From assembly GCF_006265115.1 (NCBI RefSeq), contig NZ_SMDR01000003.1:323694-347693 (forward strand): a DNA stretch of 24,000 bases, read 5' to 3'. The notes beneath the pieces are model-generated. The model did not search any database. It worked only from the letters and a program-made list of their open reading frames with translations, and was not told where the DNA came from. Source of the DNA: Arenimonas terrae. GTDB taxonomy: Bacteria > Pseudomonadota > Gammaproteobacteria > Xanthomonadales > Xanthomonadaceae. Positions 15,901-21,220 of this stretch are shown here, piece by piece. Positions within the stretch are counted from its first letter, which is position 1. Each line of letters opens with the position of its first letter. The translations under genes and the position numbers were made by a program.

Positions 15901-16335
15901 GCCGCGCCGCCGGCGGACGAGCCGGCCCGGTCGGCCGAGAGCCTGGTCGGCAAGGTGTTGATCGTCGAGGACGAAACCGACAACGCGGTCGCGCTGCAGT
16001 ACCTGCTGGCGCTGGAGGGGCACGACGTGTCGGTGGCCGAGGACGGCGTCGCGGCGATCGCGCTGGCCGAATCGCTGCGGCCGGACGTGGTGATCTGCGA
16101 CCTCGGCCTGCCGCCGCCGCTGGACGGTCTGCAGGTGGCGAAGCGCCTGCGCGCGGCGCGCGGCGACGACATCCATCTGTGCGCATACAGCGGCTACGGC
16201 TCGCGCGAGGACGTGGCGCGCTCGCTGGCGGCGGGCTTCGACACCCATCTCACCAAGCCGGCGACGCCGCGGGCGATCGCCGCCGAGATCCTGCGCGGGT
16301 TGGGGCGGGTAATGGCTTCGCGAAGCGGCAAATAG
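12973..16335 (+). CDS. Hybrid sensor histidine kinase: N-terminal multi-TM (DUF4118-like) region, multiple PAS/PAC domains, HisKA, HATPase_c, C-terminal REC
   Basis: ATG 12973 (M30 of the track ORF) lies just after the small ORF's stop. Hydrophobic N-terminus GWRAYVFAAAMILGAVVVRWAL... Repeated PAS/PAC signatures (e.g. RFRQLAEASAAVVWQA, EHRTLAENVPHMVWMSDAEGRLQYCNARW, FRWHLVRALPL). H-box LATLSHELRNPL. G-boxes RDEGVGI and GLGLGLSIV. REC: KVLIVEDETDN..DVVICDLGLP..HLTKP. No HPt (HxxKG) domain seen. Confidence 0.9.
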   Translation: MSFPEFFRTLSQPISRLSLTGWRAYVFAAAMILGAVVVRWALPEGLGSRVPFPTFFLAVFLSAWVGGWRAGLLASALTIVCGVTVFPITRPPWDWRDLVALGFVFAVCVVGAYACARLRASTDVIEKDRGWYERILDRVGEAVLVVDDAGRLRYFNSHAAGLWALDASHLDRDVGLAVVLWHEGRDAPFDGLGELIRDNEGSWELPLGLEVRAGARRVPVVGSVSRVRDPDYGDAAVVSVQDIHALREATRRIEATERRMRALFDSDIVGLFSIDGRGRISAMNDGMRRLLGYGADAGSPEALAQIADEDLLSQLGVDGTENAIAFGPFDCRLSGPSGEVWVSLGVVPITPRERMVFAIDIGARKRAESAVDSSEARFRQLAEASAAVVWQARASGALTAQIGWSEFTGAPPLASFDQWPDWVHPADQDAARQLVQALHTQRDGVEAELRFRHASGDYRHVGVRGVVLDGPATGAIEWIGTLRDIHQRRQAEEALASKEVELRLILNAMPARIAYMDADAVFQWANGNFTQWFGVAGDVKGRPLAEVLPPDAVSTLYRSLQVARRGFVSQQEWLENHPTLGLRWTTTTFSPDLDERGRVRGVISLCMDSTDRHEAEDALRRSDAEHRTLAENVPHMVWMSDAEGRLQYCNARWHEFTGQDSSGRWTDPAHPADRQAAEAALQQAAQSRTELNIEVRYCRATDGAFRWHLVRALPLLDGEDRVLRWYGTCTDIEDQRIAQETLREAHSRTTHFLATLSHELRNPLAALMASVEVLEHAALDENRRFEVRQAIQRQAWHLKRLTDDLLDISRITLGKIQISSDTIDLREVCQHVCRDFSEKAQRHEVELDCDVPDDPILVNGDPSRIRQCVDNLVSNAIKASMPGMRVHVSTRVAERFAEIIVRDEGVGIEQDAKATIFLPFSQADDWRNRGLGLGLSIVSKLVELHGGSVWVDSDGRHCGATFGIRLPVAKGGAAASAAPPADEPARSAESLVGKVLIVEDETDNAVALQYLLALEGHDVSVAEDGVAAIALAESLRPDVVICDLGLPPPLDGLQVAKRLRAARGDDIHLCAYSGYGSREDVARSLAAGFDTHLTKPATPRAIAAEILRGLGRVMASRSGK

Positions 16336-16353
16336 TCGCGCCCGCGGCCGGAC

Positions 16354-16369
16354 TGGCACCGACCTTGCA
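16354..16369 (+). promoter_or_regulatory. Orphan sigma54 promoter candidate P6 (TGGCACCGACCTTGCA), exact consensus
   Basis: GAC TGGCAC CGACC TTGCA GCC begins 19 nt after the kinase TAG (16333-16335). Predicted +1 near 16380. No credible ORF downstream before the convergent SDR gene. Confidence 0.6.
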
Positions 16370-16434
16370 GCCTTCTCCCGGAGGGCGGTGCCTGCGGCCC
16401 GCGCTCCGCGGCGCGCCGGCTACCGGCGGCCGTG

Positions 16435-16469
16435 GCCCCCGGGGCGGCGTTCGAGGCCGCCCCCGGGGC
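16435..16469. terminator. GC-rich stem-loop between convergent kinase and SDR genes (possible bidirectional terminator, no U-tract)
   Basis: gcccccggggcggc-gttcgag-gccgcccccggggc: 8 bp + 1-nt bulge + 4 bp. Ends 5 nt before the SDR stop codon. Confidence 0.45.
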
Positions 16470-16473
16470 AACT

Positions 16474-17334
16474 TCAGGTGGACAGGTGGGCGCCGCCGTT
16501 CACGTGCAGGATCTGCCCGGTGATGAAGCTGGCGTCTTCGCTGGCCAGGAAGACGAAGGCCGGCGCGATCTCCGCCGGCTGGCCGGCGCGGCCGACCAGG
16601 GTGTCGGAGCCGAAGCTCGCGACCTTCTCCGCGTCGAAGCTGGCCGGGATCAGCGGCGTCCACACCGGCCCCGGCGCGACCGCGTTGACGCGGATGCCGC
16701 GGTCGGCGACGGCCTGGGCGAAGGACAGCGTCATCGCATTGATCGCGCCCTTGGTGCCGGCGTAGTCGAGCAGGGTCTTGTGGCCGCGCACGCCGGTGAT
16801 CGAACTGGTGTTGAGGATCACGCCGCCACGCCCGAGATGGTCCAGCGCCGCCACGGTCGCCATGTAGTAGGTGAGCACGTTGGTGTCGAAGGTCTCGCGC
16901 ACCTGGTCTTCGTCCAGTTCGGCGGGATCCTCGACCGGATGCTGCTCGGCGATGTTGTTGACCAGGATGTCCAGGCCGCCGAGGCGCCGGGCCGCCTGCG
17001 CCACCGCTTCGGTGGCCGCACCCGCAAGCGCGAGATCGCCGGGCATCCGCAGGCAGCGCCGGCCTTCCTTCTCCACCAGGCGTGCGGTCTCGCGCGCGTC
17101 GGCGTCCTCTTCCAGGTAGGCGATGGCGATGTCGGCGCCTTCGCGGGCGAAGTGCACGGCGATCGCGCGGCCGATGCCGCTGTCGCCGCCGGTGATGAAG
17201 GCGCGCCGGCCCTCGAGCTTGCCGCTGCCGCGATAGCCCTCGCGGATGGTGACGGGGCGCGGATGCATCTGCATCTGCTCGCCCGGCTGCGTGTCCTGGT
17301 GCTGGGCGGGCTGCAGTTTCTTCTTTTCCTTCAT
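16474..17334 (-). CDS. Short-chain dehydrogenase/reductase, YghA / general-stress-protein-39 (YdaD) type
   Basis: 286 aa. GKLEGRRAFITGGDSGIGRAIAVHFAREGADIAIAYLEEDADARETARLVEKEGRRCLRMPGDL closely follows the YghA/YdaD N-terminal pattern. NNIAEQ, IRVNAVAPGPVWTPL. AGGAAGG upstream of the ATG. Confidence 0.85.
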   Translation of the reverse strand: MKEKKKLQPAQHQDTQPGEQMQMHPRPVTIREGYRGSGKLEGRRAFITGGDSGIGRAIAVHFAREGADIAIAYLEEDADARETARLVEKEGRRCLRMPGDLALAGAATEAVAQAARRLGGLDILVNNIAEQHPVEDPAELDEDQVRETFDTNVLTYYMATVAALDHLGRGGVILNTSSITGVRGHKTLLDYAGTKGAINAMTLSFAQAVADRGIRVNAVAPGPVWTPLIPASFDAEKVASFGSDTLVGRAGQPAEIAPAFVFLASEDASFITGQILHVNGGAHLST

Positions 17335-17362
17335 GTGCAGTTCCTTCCTGGCGTGGGGAGCG

Positions 17363-17578
17363 TCAGTCGCCGACCAGGGAATGCACGCCGGCGTCGAAGT
17401 ATTCGGCGGGGATGATCCGGCGCGCCTCGGGCGCGACGATCAGCTGTTCCAGGCAGCCCATGGCGGTGGCCGCGAATCCGCCATGGCCTTCGGCCGTGGC
17501 GAAGATCACCAGGTGGGCCAGCGCCTCGATCGCATCGGCGGCGGCGTCGGGCAGCATCTGCGCTTCCTTCAGGCTCAT
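17363..17578 (-). CDS. Hypothetical 71-aa protein, first gene of the SDR operon
   Basis: ATG 17578 with GGAG 6 nt upstream; predicted P3 start is ~21 nt upstream. MSLKEAQMLPDAAADAIEALAHLVIFATAEGHGG... No family recognised. Confidence 0.45.
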   Translation of the reverse strand: MSLKEAQMLPDAAADAIEALAHLVIFATAEGHGGFAATAMGCLEQLIVAPEARRIIPAEYFDAGVHSLVGD

Positions 17579-17609
17579 GGCGTTCTCCGTCGGGGGACAA
17601 CGGAGGGCT

Positions 17610-17625
17610 TGCAGCATCCGTGCCA
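17610..17625 (-). promoter_or_regulatory. Sigma54 promoter candidate P3 (TGGCACGGATGCTGCA)
   Basis: Minus strand reads GCGCA TGGCAC GGATG CTGCA AGCC, 15/16 identical to P1. Predicted +1 near 17599. Confidence 0.6.
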
Positions 17626-17653
17626 TGCGCGCATGGCCGCAGAACTTCCTGCG

Positions 17654-17669
17654 CGGCACCGCAATTGCT
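17654..17669 (+). promoter_or_regulatory. Sigma54 promoter candidate P5 (CGGCACCGCAATTGCT)
   Basis: GGCACCGCAATTGCTTCC is 16/18 identical to P2 (GGCACCGCTCTTGCTTCC). One mismatch (C for the first T). Sits back-to-back with P3, about 30 bp away. Confidence 0.45.
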
Positions 17670-17732
17670 TCCCCGGGCAACGGAACAGCACGGCAGGCGC
17701 CGGCGCGTGAATCCGCCGCCGCGATCCGCATA

Positions 17733-17768
17733 CCGGCGCCAGGAGATTTTTTCCACCTCCGGCGCCGG
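17733..17768. promoter_or_regulatory. Inverted repeat with T6-containing spacer immediately upstream of P4
   Basis: ccggcgccaggag-attttttccac-ctccggcgccgg: 12-bp arms with one bulged base. Ends 2 bp before the P4 TGGCAT. Confidence 0.4.
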
Positions 17769-17770
17769 CG

Positions 17771-17786
17771 TGGCATGTGCATTGCT
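17771..17786 (+). promoter_or_regulatory. Sigma54 promoter candidate P4 (TGGCATGTGCATTGCT)
   Basis: GGCG TGGCAT GTGCA TTGCT TCG. One mismatch (TGGCAT, which I recall as a tolerated variant). Predicted +1 near 17797, 57 nt before the BON-protein ATG. Confidence 0.65.
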
Positions 17787-17853
17787 TCGTTACCTAAGCG
17801 AATGGGTCCCCCGGCTCATTCCATCCCCCCGAGCAAAGCTGAGGAGAGACGTA

Positions 17854-18828
17854 ATGAACCAGCGTTATGGAAATCCGCAGGACGGCCGCAGCCGCAACGA
17901 GGACCCCAGCGGCGGCCGTTCCCGCCAGGGCAACGATGAGGGCGACTGGGGCGGCCGTGGCCAGGGCGGCCAGTTCAGCCGCGGCGGCCAATACAACCCC
18001 GACGACCAGTACAACGGCGGCGATCGCGGCTACGACGATCCGGGTCGCAACCCCGGTTCGCGCGGCCCCGGCGAACACTACCTGCGCGAATGGGCCGGCC
18101 CGGGCGGGCGCGGCGGCCGCCAGGACTACGGCAGTCAGGACTTTGGCGCTGGCCGGGACTATGGCAGCCAGCGTGGTTACGGCAGCCAGGACCCGGGCCG
18201 CAGCTACATGACCTCCATGACCTCGGGTTCTCACGGCTACGGCAACCAGGGTTTCGGCAACCAGGGCCACGGCAACCGCAACTACGACAACCAGGGGTAT
18301 GCCGGCGACCAGGGCGGCGGCTACTACAGCGGCCAGTCGCAGGACGGCCGCCGGGGCTTCGCCCAGGGCCCGCAGAACTTCGGCCAGTACGAAGGCGGCT
18401 ACGGTGGCGAGGACTTCGGCGGCCCGTCGGGCAGCCAGTCCGGCGCGCAGTACGGAAGCCGCAGCGGCGCCCAGCCGCAGAGCTTCCGCGGCAAGGGCCC
18501 GAAGGGCTACAAGCGCTCCGACGAGCGCCTGCAGGAAGACCTCAACGAGCGCCTGATGGACGACGACTACATCGACGCCAGCGACGTGACGGTGCAGTGC
18601 CGCGATGGCGTCGTGACGCTGGAGGGTTCGGTGACCGACCGGCGCATGAAGCACCGCATCGAGGACCTGGCCGAACGCTGCCAGGGCGTGCAGGACATCC
18701 AGAACCGCATCAGCGTCAAGCGTGGTTCGCAGGGCGGCCGCCCGGACGCCGACGACGAGGATTCCGGCGCGGCCGGCTCCTCGGCCCGCGGCAACGAAGG
18801 CTCGAATCAGCCCAAGAAAAAGCACTGA
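17854..18828 (+). CDS. BON-domain protein with ~210-aa G/Q/Y/N/S/R/D-rich low-complexity N-terminal region
   Basis: ATG 17854 with AGGAG 7 nt upstream. Low-complexity region has repeated [DG]YGSQ / GYGNQ / GFGNQ units. It is followed by GKGPKGYKRSDERLQEDLNERLMDDDYIDASDVTVQCRDGVVTLEGSVTDRRMKHRIEDLAERCQGVQDIQNRISV, a typical BON domain with its usual KGPKGY.RSDERI lead-in. Confidence 0.8.
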   Translation: MNQRYGNPQDGRSRNEDPSGGRSRQGNDEGDWGGRGQGGQFSRGGQYNPDDQYNGGDRGYDDPGRNPGSRGPGEHYLREWAGPGGRGGRQDYGSQDFGAGRDYGSQRGYGSQDPGRSYMTSMTSGSHGYGNQGFGNQGHGNRNYDNQGYAGDQGGGYYSGQSQDGRRGFAQGPQNFGQYEGGYGGEDFGGPSGSQSGAQYGSRSGAQPQSFRGKGPKGYKRSDERLQEDLNERLMDDDYIDASDVTVQCRDGVVTLEGSVTDRRMKHRIEDLAERCQGVQDIQNRISVKRGSQGGRPDADDEDSGAAGSSARGNEGSNQPKKKH

Positions 18829-18836
18829 GCCAGGCG

Positions 18837-19175
18837 GTGCCGCCGTCGCGCGACTCTCTCCGCGCGGCGGCGGCGCTGCGCGAACAGGCGGCGCTCGGCC
18901 AGGCGCTGCATGCGCCGGCACACGCCTGGTTCGCGGCCGCGCTGCAGGACGAGCGCGGCGCGCTGTTCGACTGGTCCCGCACCCTGCTGCGCCAGTACCT
19001 GCACGACCCCGACCACGACCTTCCCGAGCCCCTGCCCGACGACGACGCCGCGCTGCTGCTCGACACCGTGGATGCGTACCGGCGCTTCGGCGTCGGCGTG
19101 TCCGGCCATCTGCCCGCGGCGCTGCAGGCCTGGTACCGCGGGCTGCCGCCGCCTCACCAAGGAGAACCGCCATGA
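18837..19175 (+). CDS. Hypothetical 112-aa protein with non-ATG (GTG) start, translationally coupled to the Cys-rich gene
   Basis: C-terminal part of track ORF 18090..19175, which is otherwise the BON gene in a wrong frame. GTG 18837 is the first start after the BON stop. Third-position GC is strongly high in this frame. Its TGA overlaps the next gene's ATG (ATGA, 19172-19175). VPPSRDSLRAAAALREQAALGQ..LFDWSRTLLRQYLHDPDHDLPEPLPDDDAALLLDTVDAYRRFG. No family recognised; weak SD. Confidence 0.45.
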   Translation: MPPSRDSLRAAAALREQAALGQALHAPAHAWFAAALQDERGALFDWSRTLLRQYLHDPDHDLPEPLPDDDAALLLDTVDAYRRFGVGVSGHLPAALQAWYRGLPPPHQGEPP

Positions 19176-19405
19176 AGACCTGCGACGTCTGCGGCAACGA
19201 CTACGACAAGACCTTCACCCTGACCCAGGGCGAGCGCACCGGCACCTTCGACAGCTTCGAATGCGCCATCCACGCCTTCGCGCCGACCTGCGCGCACTGC
19301 GGCTGCCGGATCCTGGGCCACGGCTCGGAATCGCGGGGCCACTTCTACTGCTGCGCGCACTGCGCGGAACAGGCCGGCGTGCAGGGCCTGGCCGACCACG
19401 CCTGA
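19172..19405 (+). CDS. Cys/His-rich small putative metal-binding protein (77 aa)
   Basis: AAGGAG 7 nt upstream. MKTCDVCGNDYDKTF..FDSFECAIHAFAPTCAHCGCRILGHGSESRGHFYCCAHCAEQAG has 9 Cys (CxxC, CxxCxC, CCxxC). The YCCxxCA segment recalls bacterial metallothionein (SmtA/BmtA) C-termini. Confidence 0.6.
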   Translation: MKTCDVCGNDYDKTFTLTQGERTGTFDSFECAIHAFAPTCAHCGCRILGHGSESRGHFYCCAHCAEQAGVQGLADHA

Positions 19406-19408
19406 GGC

Positions 19409-20236
19409 TCAGCCCGGCGCGGCGTCGCGCAGCTGGCGGCAGAAGTCCGCCGTCGCTTCGTCCTCGGGGAAGGCGCATTCGATGCGCAGTTCGTCCAGGG
19501 TCACGTCGTGCGGCGTGCCGAAGGTCGTGATGGTGGAGAAGAAGCGCAGCCGGCGCCCGCCCTTGCCGAACACGGTGGTCAGCAGCGGCGCCGGCGAAGC
19601 GCCGACGTCGCGCAGGCGCCAGCTGGCGGGCACGCCGGGATAGGCCAGCACGTCGGCCAGCAGCTCGCGCGCCTTCGCATCCGACGGCGCGGCGGCGACT
19701 TCGATGTGCAGGTGGCGGATCAGGTCGCGGGCGATCTCCTCCCAGTTTTCCACCGCGGGGCGCAGGCCCTGCGGATCGAAGAACTGGCGGATCATGTTGC
19801 CGCTCGCCGGCGCGCGGCCGTCGAGCAGATGGCCGGTGACCCGCGCCGCGGCGTCATTGGCGGCGAGGATGTCCCAATGCCGGTTGAGCAGGAAGGCGGG
19901 ATAGGGCTCCTGCTGCCGCAGGATCGAGTCGATCGCGCGCCGCACCGCCGCCAGCGCCGGCGTCGCCAGCACCGTCTCGGGGTATTTCGGCGCGAAGCCG
20001 GCGGCCACCAGCAGCGCGTTGCGTTCGCGCAGCGGCATTTCCAGCGTGTCGGCCAGGCGCGTGACCAGCTCGCGGCTGGGGCGCGCCTTGCCGGTTTCGA
20101 CATAGCTGATGTGGCGCGTCGAGACGCCGGCGGCCAGGGACAGGTCGAGCTGGCTCAGGCGCCGCGCTGCGCGCCATTCGCGCAGCAGCCGGCCGATGGG
20201 AACCGTGGACATGGGGTCTTGCCAACCGCGGGTCAT
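19409..20236 (-). CDS. XRE-family HTH regulator with MmyB-like C-terminal ligand-binding domain
   Basis: 275 aa. LLREWRAARRLSQLDLSLAAGVSTRHISYVETGKARPSRELVTRLADTLEMPLRERNALLVAAGFAP...QEPYPAFLLNRHWDILAAN follows the HTH_31 + MmyB-like pattern. GGAG 7 nt before ATG 20236. Convergent with the Cys-rich gene (3-nt gap). Confidence 0.8.
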   Translation of the reverse strand: MTRGWQDPMSTVPIGRLLREWRAARRLSQLDLSLAAGVSTRHISYVETGKARPSRELVTRLADTLEMPLRERNALLVAAGFAPKYPETVLATPALAAVRRAIDSILRQQEPYPAFLLNRHWDILAANDAAARVTGHLLDGRAPASGNMIRQFFDPQGLRPAVENWEEIARDLIRHLHIEVAAAPSDAKARELLADVLAYPGVPASWRLRDVGASPAPLLTTVFGKGGRRLRFFSTITTFGTPHDVTLDELRIECAFPEDEATADFCRQLRDAAPG

Positions 20237-20314
20237 TCCGCGGCTCCAGCATAGGTCGCGTGGCGTCCGCTGGCGATGACCTGCCAGATCATGGCGGCGG
20301 GAACGTGTCCATGC

Positions 20315-21202
20315 TTATGCGGCGGGCCGGTGCACGGTGATGTGTGCGGCGACGCAGGTCCACCGTCCATCTCTCCTTACCCAGACGTCGGTGTATCGAT
20401 TGACCCCGGAGCGGCCGTCCTTGAGGAGATAGGCGTTTTCGGCGTGGACCAACGCAACATCGTTGAAGCGGCGGATATTGACCTTGTCCACCGGGAACGC
20501 GCTGATTTGCGTGGCGTAGGTAGGTTTCGCGAAATCGGTCAGCGCGACCGCCCTGTCGTAGAAGGATCCGTCGCCGTTCACGACCAAATAGTCTGGCGAA
20601 AGGTGCGCGCCGTACCAGGCGACGTCGGCGTCTCGGAACGCTTGCACGTAGCTTTCGTTGAGTTCGCGAAGCGCCGCTGGATCGTCATCGTGATGCCAGG
20701 CCCCTTCCCAGGGGCTATCTGGCGTGGCTAATGCCGTCTGCAGCGCAAGCCCGACGCCGGGCAGTATGGATGTACTCTGCGTGCTGACCAACCGCCAACG
20801 CGACCCGCTCCATACGTACACTTCGCTGTTGCGGACATTTTCGACTTCGCCGGTCGCGCTGGTGATGCGGGCGGTGGAGTGAAGCAGCGCGACCGGTCCG
20901 AACACGCGCACGCGAATATCGTTGTACGAAAGCCCGCGGTGCCGAGACTCTTCGGCCGTCCGCACGAGGAAGGCATCCCGGTCCAGCCACCGTCCATCGT
21001 CGGTGGTCTGCAGGAAGTCTGGAGCTACCAGTTCCCTGAAGAAGCGGCTGTCGCCCAGTCGACGGGCATCGGCCATCTTTTGGGTCAACGCGCGCAGTTG
21101 TACTTCTGCCAACGCTTCGGTGGGGGCGTCAACGGTGTCGCTGGCTTCGGCGAGAAGTCCGGTGACGACGAGCAGTGGCGCAATCAGGCCGATCGAGTTC
21201 AT
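20315..21202 (-). CDS. Secreted protein with two tandem NTF2-like (DUF4440/SnoaL-like) domains
   Basis: Signal peptide MNSIGLIAPLLVVTGLLAEA/SD. Each half ends in the W-R/K-hydrophobic-x-x-H/Q pattern typical of DUF4440 (GSRWRLVSTQST; DGRWTCVAAHITV). Start is ATG 21202 (GAGG upstream) or GTG 21211. Confidence 0.6.
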   Translation of the reverse strand: MNSIGLIAPLLVVTGLLAEASDTVDAPTEALAEVQLRALTQKMADARRLGDSRFFRELVAPDFLQTTDDGRWLDRDAFLVRTAEESRHRGLSYNDIRVRVFGPVALLHSTARITSATGEVENVRNSEVYVWSGSRWRLVSTQSTSILPGVGLALQTALATPDSPWEGAWHHDDDPAALRELNESYVQAFRDADVAWYGAHLSPDYLVVNGDGSFYDRAVALTDFAKPTYATQISAFPVDKVNIRRFNDVALVHAENAYLLKDGRSGVNRYTDVWVRRDGRWTCVAAHITVHRPAA

Positions 21203-21220
21203 GTCTGTCACCTCATGGGG

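Noticed and set aside
12817-16359. 1180-aa minus-strand ORF antisense to the hybrid histidine kinase (and the 843-aa plus-strand ORF 13992..16523 in another frame)
   Set aside because: Low-complexity R/A/G/P/D composition and no domains. The plus-strand kinase frame has unambiguous PAS, HisKA, HATPase and REC motifs.
16388-16765. 125-aa plus-strand ORF downstream of orphan promoter P6
   Set aside because: The GGAGGG is only 2 nt from the GTG. The product is Arg/Pro/Gly-rich, and the ORF runs antisense through the well-supported SDR gene.
17794-19197. 467-aa minus-strand ORF antisense to the BON operon
   Set aside because: Poly-Ala/Arg/Gly composition that mirrors the G/Q/Y-rich gene on the other strand. 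No start context and no motifs.
20280-20300. TGGCAGGTCATCGCC (minus strand) upstream of the XRE/MmyB-like regulator as a sigma54 promoter
   Set aside because: There is no TTGC/CTGC element at the N5 spacing.
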